Positions 58,696 to 64,000 of a stretch of DNA of 64,000 nucleotides are shown piece after piece. Below the pieces are notes generated by a model that worked only from the letters and a program-made list of their open reading frames with translations, was not told the origin of the DNA and did no database searches. This stretch comes from Silicimonas sp. Its GTDB lineage: Bacteria; Pseudomonadota; Alphaproteobacteria; Rhodobacterales; Rhodobacteraceae. Made by a program: the position numbers and the translations under genes. How positions within the stretch are numbered: position 1 is the first letter of the stretch; every line of letters begins with the position of its first letter. The DNA is taken from assembly GCA_022824525.1 (NCBI GenBank), contig JAJDZT010000052.1:18047-82046 (forward strand), written 5' to 3'.

Positions 58696-59946
58696 ATGAG
58701 CCAGCCAGCAGCCAATATGCGGATCAACGGGGATCGCCTCTGGGACAGTCTGATGGAGATGGCCAAGATCGGCCCCGGCATCGCGGGCGGCAATAACCGT
58801 CAGACCCTTACGGACGAAGACGCCGAAGGGCGCGAGCTTTTCAAGACATGGTGCGAGGCGGAAGGCTGCACCATGGGCCTCGACGAGATGGGCAACATGT
58901 TCGCCCGCCGCGAAGGCACGGATCCCGAGGCTCTGCCGGTCTATGTCGGCTCGCATCTCGACACGCAGCCGACAGGCGGGAAGTATGACGGGGTGCTGGG
59001 CGTGCTCGGCGGATTGGAGATCATTCGTACGCTCAATGAATTGGGCATCAAGACCAAGCATCCCATCGTTGTCACCAATTGGACGAATGAAGAAGGCACG
59101 CGCTTTGCGCCGGCCATGCTGGCCTCCGGCGTGTTCGCGGGGAAACACACGCAAGACTGGGCCTATGACCGGGTCGATGCTGCGGGCAAGCGGTTCGGCG
59201 ATGAACTTGAACGCATCGGCTGGAAGGGCGACGAGAAGGTCGGTGATCGCAAGATGCACGCCTTTTTCGAACTCCACATCGAACAGGGTCCGATCCTCGA
59301 GGCCGAGGAGAAAGACATCGGCGTCGTCACTCATGGGCAGGGCCTTCGCTGGATCGAGTGCACGATCACGGGGAAGGAGAGCCATACCGGCTCCACTCCG
59401 ATGCACATGCGCAAGAATGCCGGGCGCGGTCTGGCGCTGGTCACTGAACTCGTCCACGAGATCGCGATGAAGAACCAGCCGAACGCGGTGGGTGCCGTCG
59501 GGCATATCGACGTCTATCCGAACAGCCGCAACATCATCCCCGGCAAGGTCGTCTTCACGGTGGATATGCGCACGCACCTTCTGGACAAGCTGAACGCCAT
59601 GGTCGCCGAGTTCGATGAGCGTGCGCCGAAGCTCTGCGCTGACATCGGGGTCACATTCGAAAGCGAGATTGTCGGCCAGTTCGATCCGCCCGCCTTCGAC
59701 GAGGGTTGCGTGAAGGCCATCCGCGATGCTGCTGAAAGGCTTGGATATTCTCACATGGATATCGTATCAGGCGCGGGCCACGACGCCTGCTGGATCAACG
59801 ACGTGGCGCCGACCGCGATGGTGATGTGCCCCTGCGTGGACGGTCTGAGCCATAACGAGGCCGAGGAGATCTCGAAAGAGTGGTCCACGGCGGGTGCGGA
59901 TGTGCTGTTCCACGCGGTGGTGGAAACGGCGGGGATTGTGGAGTGA
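58696..59946 (+). CDS. M20-family Zn-dependent amidohydrolase (N-carbamoyl-beta-alanine / carbamoyl-amino-acid amidohydrolase type)
   Basis: 416 aa. INGDRLWDSLMEMAKIG, GSHLDTQPTGGKYDGVLGV, C-terminal SGAGHDA motif of the AmaB/allantoate-amidohydrolase family. Confidence 0.88.
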   Translation: MSQPAANMRINGDRLWDSLMEMAKIGPGIAGGNNRQTLTDEDAEGRELFKTWCEAEGCTMGLDEMGNMFARREGTDPEALPVYVGSHLDTQPTGGKYDGVLGVLGGLEIIRTLNELGIKTKHPIVVTNWTNEEGTRFAPAMLASGVFAGKHTQDWAYDRVDAAGKRFGDELERIGWKGDEKVGDRKMHAFFELHIEQGPILEAEEKDIGVVTHGQGLRWIECTITGKESHTGSTPMHMRKNAGRGLALVTELVHEIAMKNQPNAVGAVGHIDVYPNSRNIIPGKVVFTVDMRTHLLDKLNAMVAEFDERAPKLCADIGVTFESEIVGQFDPPAFDEGCVKAIRDAAERLGYSHMDIVSGAGHDACWINDVAPTAMVMCPCVDGLSHNEAEEISKEWSTAGADVLFHAVVETAGIVE

Positions 59947-60461
59947 TCTTGAAACTCCTTCGAGGAGGTGGACCTCCCACAGGCGATGACCTCAGGTCTG
60001 ACCTGCGAAAGATGTGCAACGTTTTCATGCACCGCGACAGCGATCGCTGCGTGATCGCGACGAAATTCCAGACCCCCGAGCGCTACGGGCTCTACTTCGA
60101 AAGTGACGACGCGATCACCTTGTCCGAAAGCGTTCCCGGTGATGTCTTCGGGGAGGCGGTCAGGGATGCGTTTATCGCCAGTCGCAGACGCGCGAACAAT
60201 TCGATTGGCGAGAAAAAGAGCGTAAAAGACTGGCCGGCGTTGAAGGCGGCAAAAGCCAAATCTAAGGCGCAGTTCGACCGGGAGTGGATTTGCATCACAG
60301 TCAAAGGTGCCAATGAAGCGAACATAATTGTTCGGATGGAGACCGACCCAGTCGAGCATGGCATTTCACTGACAAAACACTGTAATCCTTTGGTGGTTGA
60401 GAGGCTCGGGGGAGATCTCAATCTTCTGAAGAAGCAATACCTGAAGTGGGAACACGCATGA
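59943..60461 (+). CDS. hypothetical protein (about 172 aa), family not recognised
   Basis: GTG 59943 overlaps the upstream stop (GTGA), and its own stop overlaps the next ATG (ATGA). ATG 60012 is an alternative start. The 3' half is visibly richer in A/T than the neighbours. Confidence 0.55.
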   Translation: MILKLLRGGGPPTGDDLRSDLRKMCNVFMHRDSDRCVIATKFQTPERYGLYFESDDAITLSESVPGDVFGEAVRDAFIASRRRANNSIGEKKSVKDWPALKAAKAKSKAQFDREWICITVKGANEANIIVRMETDPVEHGISLTKHCNPLVVERLGGDLNLLKKQYLKWEHA

Positions 60462-61204
60462 CCCAACACGACACCACCCTCGACGAAACCCAAATCCGCA
60501 TCGACCTCGCCGCCGCGATCCGGCTCTCGTGCCGGGAAGGCTGGCATGAGGGCGTGGCGAACCATTTCTCCGCCGCGACAAGCGCGGACGGGAAGAAGTT
60601 CCTCGTCAATCCGCGCTGGGTGCATTGGTCGCGCGTTAAAGCGTCCGACCTTATCCTATGTGATGCCGACGATCCCAGCACCATGGAGCGGCCGGACGCG
60701 CCGGACCCGTCGGCCTGGTCGATCCATTCCGCACTCCACCGGAACCTGCCTCAGGCGCGGGTGGCACTCCATATGCATCCGCCGCATGCGACGGCGCTTT
60801 GCGGGTTGAAAGACCCGACGATCCACCCGATCGATCAGGTGACCGCGCGCTGGTACAAGCGCCTCGCCTACGACATGGCCTTTGGTGGCATCGCCCATGA
60901 GGCGGAGGAAGGGGAGCGCATCTCCCGCGCGGTTGGAAACCACGGTGCGGTGATGATGCAGAACCACGGCGTGACCACCTTCGGCGCGACCGTGGCCGAG
61001 GCCTGGGACGCGCTCTATCACCTTGAACGTGCAGCGAAAACGCTAGTGCTGGCCTATTCGACGGGCCAGGAATTGCAGGTGATGGACGACGCGCTGGCCG
61101 AGGAAACCGCCGCGGGCTGGGAGGTCTACAAAGAGGCCGAGTTTGCCCATTTCAACGAGATGAAGAGGATCCTCGACAAAGAGGAACCGGACTACAAGGA
61201 CTGA
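60458..61204 (+). CDS. class II aldolase/adducin family protein
   Basis: ATG 60458 (MTQHDTT...). HMHPPHATAL and MQNHGVTTFG metal-binding motifs. About 248 aa. Confidence 0.85.
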   Translation: MTQHDTTLDETQIRIDLAAAIRLSCREGWHEGVANHFSAATSADGKKFLVNPRWVHWSRVKASDLILCDADDPSTMERPDAPDPSAWSIHSALHRNLPQARVALHMHPPHATALCGLKDPTIHPIDQVTARWYKRLAYDMAFGGIAHEAEEGERISRAVGNHGAVMMQNHGVTTFGATVAEAWDALYHLERAAKTLVLAYSTGQELQVMDDALAEETAAGWEVYKEAEFAHFNEMKRILDKEEPDYKD

Positions 61205-61272
61205 TGGCTGGGGGCTCTGCCCCCAGACCCCCGGGATATTTTCGGGCCAATAATGAACAGGGGAGTTTGCAA

Positions 61273-62727
61273 ATGAGCACTGTGATCAAGAACGGAACCG
61301 TGGTGACGGCGGACCTCTCCTATGAGGCCGATGTGCTGGTCGAGAACGGGGTCATCACCGAGATCGGCAAGGGGCTGTCTGGTGACGAGGATCTGGACGC
61401 GACCGGTTGTTACGTGATGCCGGGCGGGATCGATCCGCACACGCATCTGGAGATGCCGTTCATGGGGACGTATTCCTCCGACGATTTCGAGAGCGGGACG
61501 CGGGCCGCGCTTTCGGGTGGGACGACGATGGTGGTCGATTTCGCGCTGCCCGCGCCGGAGCAGGGGCTGCATGACGCGCTGCAGATGTGGCACAACAAAT
61601 CGACCCGCGCGAACTGCGATTATTCCTATCACATGGCCGTCACCTGGTGGGGCGAGCAGGTCTTCAACGAGATGAAGACCGTGATCGAGAAGGAAGGCAT
61701 CACCACCTTCAAGCATTTCATGGCCTACAAGGGCGCGCTCATGGTGAACGATGACGAGATGTATGCCTCGTTCCAGCGCCTCGCCGAACTGGGCGGGATC
61801 GCGATGGTGCATGCCGAGAATGGCGACGTGGTGGCGGAGTTGCAGGCCAAGCTGATGGCCGAAGGGAACACGGGGCCGGAGGCGCATGCCTATTCACGGC
61901 CCTCCCAGGTGGAGGGCGAGGCGACGAACCGTGCGATCATGATCGCCGATATGGCGGGGGTGCCGTTGTATGTGGTGCACACGTCCTGCGAGGAAGCGCA
62001 TGAGGCCATCCGGCGCGCGCGGCAGCAGGGCAAGCGCGTCTGGGGCGAGCCGCTGATCCAGCACCTGACCTTGGATGAGAGCGAGTATGCGCATCCCGAC
62101 TGGGATCATGCGGCGCGGCGTGTGATGTCGCCGCCCTTCCGCGATGCAAAGCATCAGGAGAGCCTGTGGCACGGGTTGATGTCGGGGTCTCTCAGCGTAG
62201 TGGCGACGGATCACTGCGCGTTCACGACGGAGCAGAAGCGGTACGGCGTGGGCGATTTCACCAAGATCCCGAATGGTACGGGCGGGCTGGAAGACCGGAT
62301 GCCGATGCTCTGGACCCATGGGGTGGGCACTGGGCGGCTGACGCCGAACGAGTTCGTGGCCGTCACCTCGACCAATATCGCCAAGATATTGAATTGCTAT
62401 CCGAAAAAGGGTGCGATTCTTGTCGGTGCTGATGCTGACCTCGTGGTCTGGGACCCCGAGAAGTCGAAGACGATAACGGCGTCCGCCCAGCAATCCGCCA
62501 TCGATTACAACGTCTTCGAGGGGAAGAAAGTGAAGGGCCTGCCACGCTTCACGCTGACCCGGGGCTATGTCGCGGTGCATGATGGCGAGGTGCGGACCAA
62601 GGAAGGGCACGGTGAGTTCGTGCGGCGGAAGCCCAACACGCCGGTGAACAAGGCGCTTTCTTCTTGGAAGGAGTTGACCGCGCCGCGTCCGGTGGAGCGG
62701 ACCGGGATCCCGGCGACGGGGGTGTGA
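61273..62727 (+). CDS. hydA: dihydropyrimidinase (D-hydantoinase)
   Basis: ATG 61273 with GGGGAG upstream. GGIDPHTHLEMPF (HxH), carboxylated-Lys region TFKHFMAYKG, MVHAENGD, VATDHCAF. Confidence 0.92.
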   Translation: MSTVIKNGTVVTADLSYEADVLVENGVITEIGKGLSGDEDLDATGCYVMPGGIDPHTHLEMPFMGTYSSDDFESGTRAALSGGTTMVVDFALPAPEQGLHDALQMWHNKSTRANCDYSYHMAVTWWGEQVFNEMKTVIEKEGITTFKHFMAYKGALMVNDDEMYASFQRLAELGGIAMVHAENGDVVAELQAKLMAEGNTGPEAHAYSRPSQVEGEATNRAIMIADMAGVPLYVVHTSCEEAHEAIRRARQQGKRVWGEPLIQHLTLDESEYAHPDWDHAARRVMSPPFRDAKHQESLWHGLMSGSLSVVATDHCAFTTEQKRYGVGDFTKIPNGTGGLEDRMPMLWTHGVGTGRLTPNEFVAVTSTNIAKILNCYPKKGAILVGADADLVVWDPEKSKTITASAQQSAIDYNVFEGKKVKGLPRFTLTRGYVAVHDGEVRTKEGHGEFVRRKPNTPVNKALSSWKELTAPRPVERTGIPATGV

Positions 62728-62730
62728 TTT

Positions 62731-63297
62731 GTGAGTATCAACCTGTCGCTTTTCGGACTGTCGGCGAGCCTGACCGAGGCCTTGCTGGCGGATTCGCAGG
62801 TTGCGACTGAGATCCTGATCCCGCCGGATCGAGACGCGCAAATGGCCGCGATTGGGTTTAATATCCCGCGGACCGTTGATGAACGCCCGGAGGAGACATT
62901 GAAGCTCCACAAGGATTGGCATCTCATGCATGCGTTCTATGCAGGTGACCTGGCACCTGCGCGCGGTTCGAGCATCGAAGCGGGCTGGCCGGATACCTTT
63001 CTTTTGCAGGGCGGCCGAACGCTTGCCGGCGAGAACGGGTATGGCCCGGATCGTCTTCTGACAGCTTCGGAGGTGGGTGATGTGGACGCTTTCCTGTCAG
63101 GCATTCAGTTCGAAGACACCTTGGTTGCGCTGACTGAAGACGCTCTCCGGGCGTCGGACATCTATGTGTATGGCGGAGAGAATGGGGTGTCTTTGCAAGA
63201 AACTCGGGAGACGGCGCGCATCGTTCATCAAGAGATCGTCGATTTCTTTCGTCGATGCGTGACCGGCAGTCACACATGTCTCTTGATGTTAACCTGA
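62731..63297 (+). CDS. DUF1877 (YfbM-like) family protein
   Basis: GTG start 3 nt after the hydA stop. LKLHKDWHLMHAFYAGD and C-terminal DIYVYGG ... FFRRCVTGSHTCLLML parallel the E. coli YfbM pattern (DKRWDFLHFGLTG ... IYP ... YRRMLRQGNHALTVIV) as I recall it. Confidence 0.65.
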   Translation: MSINLSLFGLSASLTEALLADSQVATEILIPPDRDAQMAAIGFNIPRTVDERPEETLKLHKDWHLMHAFYAGDLAPARGSSIEAGWPDTFLLQGGRTLAGENGYGPDRLLTASEVGDVDAFLSGIQFEDTLVALTEDALRASDIYVYGGENGVSLQETRETARIVHQEIVDFFRRCVTGSHTCLLMLT

Positions 63298-63330
63298 TCG
63301 GTCTGCGGCAAAAGGGGGACATCGGTTCTC

Positions 63331-64000
63331 ATGGACATTGAAGATGTTGTTGTCGCGTCCGACTTGAGTCTGACGTTCAAGACCGCGGACGGTCCGGTCC
63401 ATGCTTTGAAGGACGTCAATCTTACGATCAACAAAGGCGATTTCGTCTCGTTCATTGGCCCATCGGGCTGCGGGAAGACAACCTTCCTGCGCTGCGTTGC
63501 TGCGCTGGAAATGCCGACGGGGGGCACGCTCACCGTGAACGGCATGTCCCCGGACGCTGCGCGCAAGGCGCGCGCCTATGGTTATGTGTTTCAGGCGGCG
63601 GGGCTTTACCCGTGGCGCACGATTGCGGGGAATATCCGGTTACCCCTTGAAATCATGGGGTATTCCAAGGCCGAGATGGGGGAGCGTGTGGACCGCGTTC
63701 TGGAACTGGTCGAGCTGTCCGGGTTCGGCGGCAAGTTCCCCTGGCAACTTTCAGGAGGCATGCAGCAACGCGCTTCGATTGCGCGGGCCTTGGCGTTCGA
63801 TGCCGATATTCTGCTGATGGACGAACCCTTCGGCGCCTTGGATGAAATCGTTCGGGACCGCTTGAACGAGGAACTGCTGTCGCTTTGGGACCGCACCGGG
63901 AAGACCATCGGTTTCGTCACGCACTCCATCCCCGAAGCCGTGTATCTCTCCACCAAGATCGTCGTGATGAGCCCGCGCCCCGGACGGATCACCGATGTCA
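63331..64000 (+). CDS. ABC transporter ATP-binding protein (NitT/TauT-type), 3' end runs off the window
   Basis: Manual translation from ATG 63331: MDIEDVVVASDLSLTF... Walker A GPSGCGKTT, Q-loop YVFQ, signature LSGGMQQR, Walker B ILLMDEPFGALD, H-loop GFVTHS. Not in the ORF track because there is no stop in the window. Confidence 0.9.
   Translation, partial: MDIEDVVVASDLSLTFKTADGPVHALKDVNLTINKGDFVSFIGPSGCGKTTFLRCVAALEMPTGGTLTVNGMSPDAARKARAYGYVFQAAGLYPWRTIAGNIRLPLEIMGYSKAEMGERVDRVLELVELSGFGGKFPWQLSGGMQQRASIARALAFDADILLMDEPFGALDEIVRDRLNEELLSLWDRTGKTIGFVTHSIPEAVYLSTKIVVMSPRPGRITDV

Noticed and set aside
1-64000. CRISPR arrays, IS elements, prophage genes, restriction-modification, toxin-antitoxin pairs, rRNA and known riboswitches.
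   Set aside because: I scanned intergenic regions and the ORF products by eye. I saw no repeat-spacer arrays, no transposase, integrase or capsid-like proteins, no methylase/endonuclease pairs, and no recognisable riboswitch cores. Absence cannot be proven without covariance-model and HMM searches.

Overview
High-GC alphaproteobacterial chromosome segment. The VPLPA-CTERM sorting signal, the PhyR-NepR-EcfG module and the overall gene content suggest a Rhodobacterales-like organism, but that taxonomy is inference. I support about 63 protein genes, one tRNA-Leu(GAG), a few intrinsic terminators and one intragenic tandem duplication. I see no rRNA, CRISPR array, transposase, integrase or phage genes, and no recognisable restriction, toxin-antitoxin or known defence genes. 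Most of the window is housekeeping: efp, surE-pcm-nlpD-like, lipB, clpP-clpX, accB-accC, aat, mlaD, the general stress module phyR/nepR/ecfG, and a reductive pyrimidine catabolism cluster (preT/preA, dihydropyrimidinase, carbamoyl-amino-acid amidohydrolase, RutR-like repressor). The less ordinary parts are these. (1) A glycan locus next to tRNA-Leu (20.7-29.1 kb) with a PAPS-type sulfotransferase. (2) A five-gene, overlap-coupled operon that joins a FAD/FeS/Moco hydroxylase to an ABC-like ATPase, a Cys-rich reductase-like protein and a UPF0280/ApbE-like protein (10.4-17.0 kb). (3) A CheA-less chemosensory operon: seven-PAS soluble MCP, CheR, CheD, triple-CheW (31.9-38.3 kb). (4) A gcdH / fused E1 alpha-beta TPP enzyme / FabD-like acyltransferase operon with no E2 or E3 (38.7-43.1 kb). 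(5) A VPLPA-CTERM surface protein with thioester-domain-like Cys and Gln motifs. None of these is proven novel. I could not run BLAST, HMM or fold searches, so all product calls rest on motifs read by eye and on remembered family signatures. Several start codons were moved from the ORF-track maximum to internal ATGs with better context. NepR (57 aa) is missing from the ORF track and was found by manual translation.
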